A DNA stretch of 64,000 bases from Vitrella brassicaformis CCMP3155 (GCA_001179505.1 CDMY01000342.1:1-64000), one strand, 5' to 3'. Positions 26,880 through 39,186 are shown, counted from the stretch's first letter. The notes: generated from the sequence alone by a model not told the origin. Program-made: numbers and translations.

Positions 26880-27846
26880 CACACACACTACACACACACT
26901 GCACACACACGCACACACACTGCACACACAGGCCTCCCCCCTCCTCTCTCTGTGCGCGTGGACCCCTGTGGACACGAGCCTGTGTGTGAGTGTGCCTGCC
27001 TGTCTGCCACGCGCTGCTGCACACGCGCATTCATCAATTTCGCAAACCCTACGCATAACTAGGGTTTAGATGAGCGCATCAGCCGCCGCCCCTGTGGCCC
27101 CCTTGCAATGGAGAAAGCCCTCAAAATCAGAGAGTATAGGGTTTAGGGTTTAGGGTTGCGAGCTTAGACGCGCTGGGGAAGGGACCGTCTTCAAATCAAA
27201 TCGCACAGATCTCCGCAGAGAGGCTCACAGGAAGGCCATTCACGCAGTCAGGAGCAGCCAGAATATCAAACAAGCTGACATTTCTCTCTGTGTCCGTGTC
27301 TGTCTGTGTGTGCAGGCCGAGATGGCGTGCTGTGCCAAGACCCCGAGGCTCGTTTGAATGTCAGAGGATTGCTCTCGATGAAGGCTTTGCACTGTGCCGG
27401 TTGATGCACAGCGGAACTTCTCTCTGACCACCGTCCCTCTCCCAATTTTGTCCATCTCTGCAGGCCCGTGGTTCGCTCTGTGGGTATTGCCCGGCCCATT
27501 CAACACACGCATCAGATGCACCCTTGAGTTGGCAACACAGGTGCCGAGAGAGAGGGGCAGGTCAGCAAAACTGACGACGCTACGCAACCGAACAAAAATG
27601 TCACCATCTTGGCATTTTTGACCGTAGGATGACCCTTGACGGCCACCTGCAGGCCGACAGACGACTGATAGACAAGAACCAAGACCACTCCTGGCCTGGT
27701 GCGGAAACTGTCAAAACAACCCTTTTATAACCGACTTCTTTTCTCTGACCTACTTGGCCCAGTGGGTGGGTGGGCGGGCAATCAATCAATCTACCCCCAG
27801 GTAGGTACATACACCCTCCACACACTGGCCTACACACCCACTCTCC

Positions 27847-27850
<4 letters not shown>
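26880..27850 (+). pseudogene. Calpain-like fragment repeat, copy C7 (27066-27767 almost identical to 25876-26577)
   Basis: Telo-box pair at 27044-27067 and TTTAGGG repeats at 27137-27157; CAG at 27650-27652. Confidence 0.6.
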
Positions 27851-27880
<30 letters not shown>

Positions 27881-27884
27881 TCAG

Positions 27885-28648
27885 GTGAGGAATGACGCCG
27901 ACGAGCGTCAGGTGCGTCAGACGCTGGAGGTCATGGGGGCGTACCACAGGGGACTCAGACCACACGTAAGCATGCGACGGAGGATTCAGGCAGGACACAC
28001 ACGCCCTGCTGACCGACCGCTGGACTGACCTTTCGCGTGACTGTCTGTCTGCCTGTCTGTCTGTCTGTCTGTCTGTCTGTGTGTCTCATGTGCAGCGTGT
28101 GATGTTTTGCGGGTCGACTGCTGGCCGGGCGTCGATGGTGCGGCAACTGCAGCCCATGACACACATCGAGAGTAAGCCGTGCCGTATCCAATCCACAGCT
28201 GCATTGCAAGTGTGACACACATGACACGCGCTCTTTGCCCTGCTTGGTTGAGTGCTCATCAGGCAATCCCGAGATCCTCTCGGCCGTGAAGGGTACACAC
28301 AGGCAACTCCACTGACAGGCCACCGTCATCACATGTCATTCACATTACCAAACAGCACACCACGGTGTGTGTGTGTGTGTGTGTGTGTGGCTGCATTGCC
28401 ATCACTCAGGCAAGGTGCCCAATGTGGTGCACGTGGGCAGCGTAGACGAGCCGAGGTCAGCAGCAGCAGCAGCTGGTGCACCCTCACCCGACTTCAGCTC
28501 CCTGGCAGTGAGGCCCGACACACAGCAAGGCACCTACCCCACCCGTCCGTCGACCCCCCACATTATAATGCCATCTCACGTCTGTGGTGTCTGTCTGTCT
28601 GTCTGTCAGGACTGCTTGGAGGTGCTCAAGGCCGTGGTGGCTTCGTGA
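27885..28648 (+). CDS. PEX22: 3' half of a plant-type PEX22-like peroxin (5 exons, native 5' exons absent)
   Basis: VRNDADERQVRQTLEVMGAYHRGLRPH-RVMFCGSTAGRASMVRQLQPMTHIE-SNPEILSAVK resembles the plant PEX22 motif KVLFCST..GR.SFVRQLEPDWHIDTNPEI; all splice phases are consistent to TGA at 28648. Confidence 0.65.
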
Positions 28649-29305
28649 CGAGCAGCCTTGTGCGAGTGTGTGTGGGTGTGGGTGTGGGAGTGGATTGGCG
28701 TGTAGTTTTGTCTCTCTTCTGTACAGCCGGGATGGACGGACGGATGGAGGGATGGCATATTTGTTTGTGACCGACCTGTCAAACCATCTGGCCTGCAGGC
28801 CTGGCCTGTTTGTGCAAGGTAACCACCAGCCAGCCAGCCAGCCAGCCATGTCTGTCATTCAATTAGATTGATTACTGTCCAGCCCCACACTGTCTGTCCG
28901 TCTCACCCCATTTATTCATCCAGGACCCACTCGCCCGCCCATGTGACTGGCATGCACACCACACCACACCACCCCCCTCACAAAAGTTCCCCATCCCCGC
29001 ATAGCNNNNNNNNNNNNNNNNNNNNNNNNNNNNNNNNNNNNNNNNNNNNNNNNNNNNNNNNNNNNNNNNNNNNNNNNNNNNNNNNNNNNNNNNNNNNNNN
29101 NNNNNNNNNNNNNNNNNNNNNNNNNNNNNNNNNNNNNNNNNNNNNNNNNNNNNNNNNNNNNNNNNNNNNNNNNNNNNNNNNNNNNNNNNNNNNNNNNNNN
29201 NNNNNNNNNNNNNNNNNNNNNNNNNNNNNNNNNNNNNNNNNNNNNNNNNNNNNNNNNNNNNNNNNNNNNNNNNNNNNNNNNNNNNNNNNNNNNNNNNNNN
29301 NNNNN

Positions 29306-30095
29306 CAATCCACAGCTGCATTGCAAGTGTGACACACATGACACGCGCTCTTTGCTTGGTTGAGTGCTCATCAGGCAATCCCGAGATCCTCTCGGCCGTG
29401 AAGGGTACACACAGGCAACTCCACTGACAGGCCACCGTCATCACATCACCAAACAGCACACCAGTGTGTGTGTGTGTGTGTGGCTGCATTGCCATCACTC
29501 AGGCAAGGTGCGCAATGTGGTGCACGTGGGCAGCGTAGACGAGCCGAGGTCAGCAGCAGCAGCAGCTGGTGCACCCTCACCCGACTTCAGCTCCCTGGCA
29601 GTGAGGCCCGACACACAGCAAGGCACCTACCCCACCCGTCCGTCGACCCCCCACATTATAATGCCATCTCACGTCTGTGGTGTCTGTCTGTCTGTCTGTC
29701 AGGACTGCTTGGAGGTGCTCAAGGCCGTGGTGGCTTCGTGACGAGCAGCCTTGTGCGAGTGTGTGTGGGTGTGGGTGTGGGAGTGGATTGGCGTGTAGTT
29801 TTGTCTCTCTTCTGTACAGCCGGGATGGACGGACGGATGGAGGGATGGCATATTTGTTTGTGACCGACCTGTCAAACCATCTGGCCTGCAGGCCTGGCCT
29901 GTTTGTGCAAGGTAACCACCAGCCAGCCAGCCAGCCAGCCATGTCTGTCATTCAATTAGATTGATTACTGTCCAGCCCCACACTGTCTGTCCGTCTCACC
30001 CCATTTATTCATCCAGGACCCACTCGCCCGCCCATGTGACTGGCATGCACACCACACCACACCACCCCCCTCACAAAAGCCCCCCATCCCCGCAT
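29306..30095 (+). repeat. Near-identical copy of 28187-29005 across a gap (last three PEX22-like exons plus 3' flank)
   Basis: Long identical stretches (ORFs 28484-28858 and 29577-29951 translate identically) with a few indels and SNPs; either a recent duplication or an uncollapsed assembly overlap or haplotype. Confidence 0.8.
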
Positions 30096-31062
30096 AGCAT
30101 ACACAGACATTCACACACACCCACACGATAGGCACAGAAGACAGACAGGCAGCATTGGATTCACACGCAGCACCAACACCACCACCACCAGCAGGAAGGA
30201 CCACGACAGTATTATCTTACAATAGATACAATCAGACAGACAGATAGACAGACAGACAAGTGGTAGGTCAATCAAAACGGCGGCCGTCTGGAATGAGGCT
30301 TGTGTGGAAGACAGACAGGCAGGTAGGGAGGGAGGGTGCACGGGAATCGCGTGTGTGTGCGCGCACCCCTCATCCCCCAGTCTTTCTCTCCCTTAATGTG
30401 GCCTTCCCCGCCTTGAAACAAGACAGACAGGACAGGCAGACACTTACCAGAAAACACCTGACACAAGCCAAGCCCGCCCGCCAATTAACACCCAGCCAGC
30501 CTCTCTCTCTCTCTCTCACTCACACACACACACACACACGCACACACGCACACACGCACACACACGCCTTCGCCTTCAAGCCATTGTTATGGTCACACAC
30601 ACACACACAGAGACACACACACACACACGAATATTTATGAGTAGGCAGACAGACCAGTTGGTTCAGTCAGCCAGTCCGATGAGCATTGCCAGCCAGGCTC
30701 CGTCCGTCCGGTTAGAAGATTGCCACAGCGATAAGAGCATTACGATTGACAACGATACAGAGAGAGAGAGAGAGAGAGATTGACAGACAAGGCAGGTAGG
30801 CAGGCAGGGAGAGACAGACAGCGTCACGTGCGACCGATTTCACGCCGAGCATCGCGTACGGCAGGAGAAGACGGTCGAACGCGACAGTTTTCCCACGCCG
30901 TACGAGAGGCCCTGGTAAAACGGCCGCACGCGAGAGAGAGAGAAGACAGACAGATGGGCAGGCAGTCAGGCAGGTACATCACATCAGTAATACGATCGAC
31001 CCCCTGGTTCCCTCCCCTGCCAATGCATCAGTGTCAATCCAATCCTGCAGTCAGTCATTCCT

Positions 31063-33498
31063 CTAGCTATCCTTCCTCCACCCCCGCAGCAACAGCCCCT
31101 TACCATCGCCACTGCCCCCCTCCCCCGCCCCCGCCCCCTCGCCGTGCTTGCCGCTGCCCTTGTTCACATAATGCACCGGCGTGACGTAGTTGACGGCCAG
31201 CAGCGCCCGCAGCAACGGCACGTTCAGGTAGTAGTCGCACCGCGCAGCAGCCGCCTGGCCCACCGGCTTGGCCTTCGTCTCCCTGCCGTCTCCCTGCTGC
31301 TGCTGCTGCTGCTGCTTAGATCGGGTGTTGGCGTCTGGCTGTGGCGGTGTGGGCAGGGGCAGGTCGACGAAGCGCAGGAGGCCCTTCTGCACACACACGG
31401 AGAGGGACCGCAGTCCCCGCATCCACGTGGCGAGCACTGCGGGCGGAGGGGAGGAGTGCGGCGCGTTGGAGAGGGACAGCTCCAACAGCCACGCTGCGGA
31501 GGACACAGACACACACAGCGAGAGGGAGAGACAGCCATGGAAGCATCCACTCATGTGAAAAGAAGAGTTTCATGGGTCGCACGTACTTGCGACGGCGTCG
31601 ATGCATTTGGTGTATCTGTGGGCGATGCGGTCCGCCGTGGCCTGCCTGCGGTGTTCCATCTCGGTCAGCTCAGCGCGGTAGTGCCGCAGCATGGCGTCGA
31701 TCTGCTGCTCCTCCTGCTCCACCTGCCGGCTCCAGCTGCTCTGCGTGTCGATGCCGTCGTGGTGGGGCTCGTGGGTGGGGTCATGGGGATCGTCGTGCGC
31801 CTCCTCTGCGTTGTCCACGTCTGCCGCGTGTGCTGCGAGTGGTGTGAGAGAGATGGGGGCGGGGGGCGGGGGGGACGGCGAGGCGCACACCGACATGGAT
31901 GAGGCTACCGGGGAGGTGTCATCTGCACACACACACACACACACAGAGAGAGAGAGGGGGAGGGAGGACACAATGACCCACATGGATGGGCGTGGGAGTG
32001 GGCGTGTGTGAGGCATGACTGCGTCCACACCCACCGAGGGCGACGGTTGTTTCTCGCCCGATAGAGTATCTGCCGCTGGCAGTGGGGCTACCGCCATCCC
32101 CACCCCCCTCACCGCCCCCAGTGCCCCCCCTGTCGGCCCGCCGCACCGGGGAGCCCACCACCACAAACCCATCCTCACTGCGATAGTCCATCACGCCGCT
32201 GACGCTGCTGTCCTTATCGCTGAACACACCCACACCCGCCCCTCTGTCCCGAGAACCACCACCAGACGTCCCACCACTGGGTGGGACGCCATTATTGTCC
32301 CCCCTCCCCCTCTCCTTGCTACTGCTGCTGTTGTTGTTGTTGGCTGTGTTGCCACCGTTGCCACCTGTGAGTCCCCTGAAGCAGGGGAGGCAGCACTGGC
32401 AGATTTTGGCGAGGGGGATGGCGAAGGGGGAGGACGACAGAGCGGCCGAGAGGGAGGACGGGATGAACTGCGAGGGGAAGGGGAGCGAGCACTGCGACGG
32501 CAGGGAGGGGGGCGACTGGTCGCCGACCGGGGCTGCGGCCGTGGGGGAGTGGGTGTGGGTGTGGGTGTGGGTGTGTGTGGGTGGTGAGGTGGGCGGGAGT
32601 GCGGAGAAAAACAGAGGGGGGCTGCTCGAGATGAGGTCCAGCGACTTAGGCGACGGGTGGTAGCTCTCCGGTGCCTCCTCTGGTGCTGCTGACGGCTCCT
32701 TCTCTGCCTTTATCTCTATCTGCTGCTCTTGTTTGGCCTCCCCCCCTCCGCCATGGCAGCTGCAGCTGTCCGTCTGGTGATCGATCTCGGCTTGCTCGTT
32801 GGGCGCCTCTGGGTGGTCGTTGGTGTGTTGCTGGTCGTCCTCCTGGTAGTGGTGCTGGAGGAGGTTGAGCTGGTGCTTGAGCTGCTCGCGCATGGCCCGT
32901 CTGTGGGCCTGCTGCTCTGTCTGCGTGTTGATCCACTCGCGCAGCTTGTCGCACTCCTTGCCCTGCCGCTCGTAGGAGAACAGCAAATCGCTGAACGCCT
33001 GCATCTCAACCTGACTCACAGACACACACCATCCACACACACACACACACACACACAGAGAGAGAGAATCCGGCGCTTCTTGCTTACGGTGAGGAATCTG
33101 GTCATCATGGCTGCGTGGTGGTTGCGCTTGGGAATGCACCACGAGAGCGGCACCCAGCCGCTGCTCGTCTCGTCCACCAGACAGCGCAGGGACAGCCGGG
33201 GACCGCCTCCCGCCGGGTCCAACGTCAAAGGCGAGTTGGCGAAGAAGTGAATCCTGAACGCAACGCACCAAACAAACAAACAAACACGCCAATCTCTCTC
33301 TATCGGTGTGTGTGTGTGTGTTGATGGTGCCGTGCTGTGCTGGGGCTTACTGACCATACGGGCGCGGCCCTGACTTTGTCTGAGACGGGCAGCATGTGCA
33401 GCGACCGTGCCTTGGCGGGCGAGAGGACGCGCCCGGACCGGAAACGGGTCTTACGGGGGTTGAACGGCTCTATGCATGCGATCGTCAGAAAGTGCTCT

Positions 33499-33552
<54 letters not shown>

Positions 33553-34506
33553 GCCATGATGCCATGCCAGCACGGTGTTCTTTCTTCTGGCTGTCCGACG
33601 GCTTGCCTACTCAGCAGGCTCTGCGGCTCGAACGGCGCGGCAGCGATGAGCCAGTGCGCGCCCCACCTCATAGCCAGCCTTCTCCTCTCCCACCCGTTGA
33701 ACCTTTGCACACTCACGTTGCCCCCCTCATCCGCAGCGTCAAACGTCTCACGCACCGTCAGCACGCGGCGCGCGTGCTGGTAAGACTGCAGGGGCATCTC
33801 GCGGTTGCCCCGCTCCTCCCACCGGGCCTCGCCCGTCGCCCGCGAGTAGATGACGTACTTGTACGAGAAGGGGCGCACGCTGTCGGGGGCCAGGTCGATG
33901 GTGGCCTGCCACCGGGGGAACAGGGAAGGGTCGGTGCTCATCGGCAGGCCCTGCTTGGGCGTCCAGGAACCGAACAGGGGGCTGGAACCGACCAGACGAA
34001 CGTCCTGCCCAACCTGCACACCACACCACACACCGTCAAGTGAAGCCACGTGACGTGAAGCCACGCATGCGATAGATATGATGCGATCCAATGAATGAGT
34101 GAAAAGGTCGATGTTCATGTGTGTGTGACGTGTTGTGTTCTCTTCTGACCTGTGTGTCTGCACAAGTGACTACGAAGCGGATACGGGCCCATCCTGGCAG
34201 GGGGGACGACGCCTCAAAGGCCCCAGGAAGGTCGACAAGGTCGTTGCGGCATATCGCCTCCTGCGTATGCACAGCACAGCACAGCGCACCGCAGCGACAG
34301 AACATCGAACACCGTCAGACAGCGTCAAACAGAGCCACTTCCGCTGGTGGCTGCCCTGCCTCGCCTGCATTGCTTACGAAGCTGAGTGCGTCCCTCCATC
34401 GCGTGGATACCCGCCGGAGCCTGACGAACTGCACGCCCTCTGCAGCGACTGCGGAGCTCTGCAAAAACCCGTCAGGGCACGGCAGACCGCCGCTGTCGCT
34501 GCTCAT
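31063..34506 (-). CDS. CBM20 starch-binding-domain protein with long coiled-coil and low-complexity C-terminus
   Basis: RIRFVVTCADTQ-VGQDVRLVGSSPLFGSWTPKQGLPMST...FPRWQATIDL...FSYKYVIY...ARWEERGNR is a typical CBM20; further in-frame exons continue to about 31063. Start codon and ends are approximate. Confidence 0.75.
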
Positions 34507-34622
34507 GAGCTGGGCAGCTCACTGCACAAGGTCACTGGCAAGCCGCCGGCCGCCTAGGACATTCCGTGAAACTGCACGCGCGAGAAGGTCGGGACGAGAA
34601 GGTGGGATTTTAGACGGCGAGA

Positions 34623-36320
34623 ATGACCCTCGCTGCTCGGACAGCCCTCAGTGGGTCGCGGCAGGGCGTCAAATTGCCTTGTGCCGGCGTGTCATGTCGG
34701 CTGCAGGCGATGGGGTTCTCCGGGCACTACGACGGGCCGGTGTTCAGCCACCGCCGCATGCCCTTCCACGGGTCGGGGCTGGTGGACACCGAACGGCGCG
34801 GCGACCCCCCTGCCTCGGCTGACCCATGCTTCCGCAACGAGTTCATCCAGCAGGTACATACAGTAGGCCACTCACACACACGCGTAACTAGATTATGACG
34901 GACAGATCCACCCCCCTGTGTGTGTGTGTGTGCGTGTGTGGTTGGCTGCAGGACCCTGCCAAGCACGAGGCGGACTGGAAGTACGGCCCGAAGATCGCGC
35001 CTGCGTACGACCTGCCGTCGCTCATCACGCCGTCTGGCGACCCGCACCAGATGTCCAACACGTACCTGGTGCTCTTCTGGAAGTCCATGTACCGATACAC
35101 CCACTACAACATGATCCGGGAGCCAACATTCCCCAGAGAACCCGACCTCACCAGGGTCAGACACACACACGGCTTGGCGGCACTCTCTACGTCGCTCGAC
35201 CTCTGCTGCCTGTCTGTCTGTCTGTGTGTCGTGTGTGACCGTGTTTGTCGGTTCGGTGTGCAGGGTGAGTTGGCTGCCGGTGCGACGGTTACGCGCACGT
35301 CGGTGTGGCATAACCCGAACGAGCCGGCCATCCAGTCAATCAAGAAATTCCACCCCGACTACTTCCGCCCCGTCGGTCTGGCGACCACGGCGCCCAACCC
35401 CACCGACTATGGCTTCCCGGGGATCGGCGACTTCCGAGACCAGCGGCTGCCGCGCGGACACGCCGACCGACGGCCCTGGTACTACTTCTGCCTCGCTGCA
35501 TCCACCATGGTCATGGGGTCGCTAATCCGCGGCTTCGTCGTCAAGCTCAACTACCAGCTGTGGATCTCACGCGTGAGTGGCAGGCAGGCAGGCAGGCAGG
35601 CAGGGAGAGAGGGAGGCAGGGGTGAAGGGGATGATTGCCGGACCATGGACGGCATGGACGGCTGTGTTGGTCTGTCTGTCTGTCTGTTCATGTGTGGTAC
35701 GTATGTGTGAAGGATATGGAGGCCTTGGGGAATGTCGAGGTTGACACGAGCCAAATCATGCCTGGCCAAAACTACACCACCCGCTGGCGCGGCAAACCCA
35801 TCTTCATCAGACGCAGGACACCCGAAATGATCGCCGCTAGCCGGTAGGTACCCACTCCCCCTCCCACCTCAACTCGCTCCTGCACACGTGCGTGTGTGTA
35901 TTGATGTGATGGCATGCAGTGCGGACGACTCGCACTGCAAGTCTTTCAAGGACCCCGCGACGGACGCCGAGCGGTGCCCCAACCCCGAGTGGCTCATCGT
36001 CCTGGGCGTCTGCACCCACCTGGGATGCATCCCACACGCTGATGCGGGCATGTGGCACGGCTTCTTCTGCCCCTGCCACGGATCGCACTACGATCATGCC
36101 GGTAAAACAGACAATGAATGAATGAATCACCACACACACACACACACACGGACCGCACGAACCGAGAAAGAAACACTCGTGTGTTCTGTGTGTTGCCTTT
36201 CTTTGCTGCATTGCTTCATTTCATGCAGGCCGTATTCGTGCTGGCCCTGCGCCGACCAACCTGGAGATTCCTGAGTACGAGTGGGTCAGTGACACCGTCA
36301 TTAAATTGGGGACGGACTGA
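34623..36320 (+). CDS. RIP1: Mitochondrial cytochrome bc1 Rieske iron-sulfur subunit with long N-terminal extension
   Basis: Presequence-like [13 protein letters not shown]; [12 protein letters not shown]; Fe-S boxes VCTHLGCIP and [11 protein letters not shown]; [17 protein letters not shown]; TGA at 36318-36320. Confidence 0.97.
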
Positions 36321-37122
36321 GTGATCGGTCAAGGAAGGGATCGTCTAAGTGTGTGCGGAGGGAGGGAGGGCGAGGGAGGCTGGTGTGGTGTGCTTCGGTA
36401 GTGGGTGAGGGGCTGAGGGCTGAGTATTTCGTGTCTCTCCAGCGGCGGGTGGTTTGATTGATGTGTGCACATGCGCACCATGACGCACGCTGTGGCACGT
36501 GTCGTTCCTTCGTCGACGGTCTTGTCTGCGGCTCCTGAGGCGCATGGAGAATGCGCCTCGGTGCGACAGGCAAGGCCATGGACACAGGAAACGGCGTGTC
36601 TGTGGCGGCTTGTCATTCTGGGTGGATCCATGGTTGGCTGTGGGTGAGAGCCTCTGCCTGCCTCCCTGCCTGCCTGCCTGTATGCTCGTCTCGGTTGGTT
36701 GCTCTGCTTTCGAGAGAAGTGAAGTGAACCACACACATGAGTGTCGGGCTTCAGCCGAGGGAGGGACAGAGGGATTGAGCGAGCAATGGCAAGAAATGCC
36801 ATAATTTGTTTGTACCATCGTCGGTGCGTGAGAGCGTCAAGTGCATGGGAGTGTGTGGCGGTGCATGTCCGCGTCAGGCCGGACCTATGTGTGTGCGGAC
36901 AGATGCGTGTGACTGAGTGATGGTGATGGGGGTCACGCAACTTTTTCACCTGTGCATGCGTGGCGGAGAGACTCCATTCATTCACTCGCATCACCTCAAG
37001 CGTCCAATTTCTCACGAGAAAACATAGGTCGCATTACTACACATTTCTCAGCTGGCAACGGTGCATTGCACACACACACACACACACACACAGGAGGGCA
37101 CTCAGCCCTTCCCCCTTGGTCC

Positions 37123-38826
37123 TTAGCCACTCACTCGGTGCTTGCACCGATCCCCCGTCTCAAATGAGCTGCCGGCCAGCTCCCGCAGCCTGTCGATCAG
37201 GTCCCGCAAGCCCGCCTTGCCGTCAGCAGCCTGCGGCGCATCATGCCGCCGGTAGAACGACAGGGCGAACCGGACCGCATGGGGCTCCGCTTGCAGAAAC
37301 CGCCCGTGGGCCACCCGGTCCTTCAGACGCTTGAACAGCCGCACGACGTCCAGCACCGCCACCACGGCCGGCTGCTCAGACTGCCCGCTGCCCACTAAGG
37401 CGAGGGACGTCAAGAGGAATGCCTGGCGCCTCTCGCCCCTCCTGCTGCCGTGTGGGGCCTCTCGGATGTGCTGCTCGTCCAGCAGGATGGAGCGGGTCTT
37501 CATGGGCAGGGCTTGAGTGACAAAGAAATCGAACAGTGGGAAGAGGGTGGCGCAGGTGATCTTGCCACGGCAGCAGACGGACCGTGTGGTGGGTATGGGG
37601 GGTATGGGGGGGAGAGGGGGGTGGGGCGCGATGGCGGGGCTGTGTGTGGGGCTGGAGGGAGGGGGGCTGGTACGCCCGCAGTGGAAGAGGTAGAGCTGCA
37701 TGAGCTCCGTGAACTTGCACCGCCCGTACAGGCCACCGCCTCCGTAGCTGCTGCTGGCGTCCACAATGCCCTCCATTTCGGCAAGGGGACCTGCACACAG
37801 ACAGAGAGAGAGAAAGCAGAGGCCGGCACTTGTGTGTATGGGTGATGTGTCTGCTGGTCTATGTCTGCCAGTCTAACATACCTACCTTTGATGAAGAAGT
37901 CGCCAACCGGGTTTTCTTCGAAGCCTGCCTCACTCTCCTTGTACCAGGCCCTCAGCTCCTGGTTATCCGTGTGGACGGCTATCGTCCAGCCAGAGTCCGA
38001 CTCCGTCATCCCGCCCTCCAGCTCCCTCTCGATCTCTTCAAGCAGCTCGTTGTCATCGTCTTCGGCACAGCCGACAACCACGCTCTGCTCATACCCATCC
38101 TCCCTGTCGGCGTTGTCGTCGATCTGGATGCCCAAGTGGGGTGGGTCTGCAGGCTGGCTGGCGCCTGGGACGGAGATCAGCCGTCCGAACACATCGAGTT
38201 GGGCCACGGCCTCGGGAAGGGACGAGTGGCCGAAGAGCTGGCAGTCGCTCAGCACTGCCTCGTCCATCGTTATCGGCACACCTGGCAGTCAAACAACACG
38301 CGGATGATAAGCGACGTGTGTGTGATGGGCCGGTTTGTGGTGGTCTGTGGTACCTTCGAACTGCAGCGCCATGGCGAGCACCAAGAACAGCTCCCAGCGG
38401 CTCCAGTCCCCGAGCTCCTCCAATAGATGAAGGGCTTTAAGCGTGCTAAATTCTGTCGTGATCTTCACAAACCGAAACAGCTCCACACCTTCCGCACGAC
38501 AGATCACACAGACAAGCAATGATGTGGCGTGCTCCTCCTCTCTCACTCACCGAACCCGTGTGCACGCACGTACCTGACGGGCCAATCTTGCGGGCCCTCT
38601 TCAGCTTGGCCGCGTTCTCTGCCAGCCGCCGATGGAGATAAGCGGTCCAATGCCGCCATCCAGCTCCACGCCTCATGGCCATACTCACCCGTCGCACTTC
38701 GAACAGAGAGACCACGGGCAGCCATTCCATGATGTCCATGGTGCTCTTGGCGTCTAGATGGCTCAATGAAAGGCGGCTCCCTGTCCGTTGTCTCTTGGGT
38801 GACGGTTCTTCCATGGGCTCTTGCAT
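37123..38826 (-). CDS. Hypothetical protein with F-box-like N-terminus (chromerid expanded-family style)
   Basis: MDIMEWLPVVSLFEVRRVS is F-box-like; long open exons at about 37890-38280 and 37123-37790. Confidence 0.5.
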
Positions 38827-39186
38827 CCTGTGACAGGCACCCTTTCAACAGCTCGCAGCTCGCAGAACTCTGCCAATTTAATAATCCCTTGCCCGTTGGA
38901 GCGAAATTAAGTAGAGTGCCTAGAATAAATCAGGGATATGTGTCCATGCGGCACATCCTGCGTCAAGCCTTATGTGCTGCCTTATCACTCGATACACATA
39001 GCCCAGACGGACACACGATGAGATACACAGACACAGAACCTAATAAACAGTCCCTCTAAATGATTCGCCGATGAAGTGCGCATTGCCGACAACCACAGCC
39101 CCATGCACGCCTCTTTGTTGCAATGTGTGGTGACCGAACAACAGGCGCATCTCGCGGATGTGCCGCGTTACATGTAATGCATTTCA

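Noticed and set aside
25876-27767. 25876-26577 versus 27066-27767 as evidence of a very recent duplication
   Set aside because: They differ at about one base and flank a fixed 300-N gap, so an uncollapsed assembly overlap is equally likely.
16660-27850. Autonomous transposon or telomere-targeting retrotransposon
   Set aside because: No reverse transcriptase, endonuclease, transposase or Rep/helicase motifs, no poly(A) tail and no target-site duplication were seen; the units retain introns.
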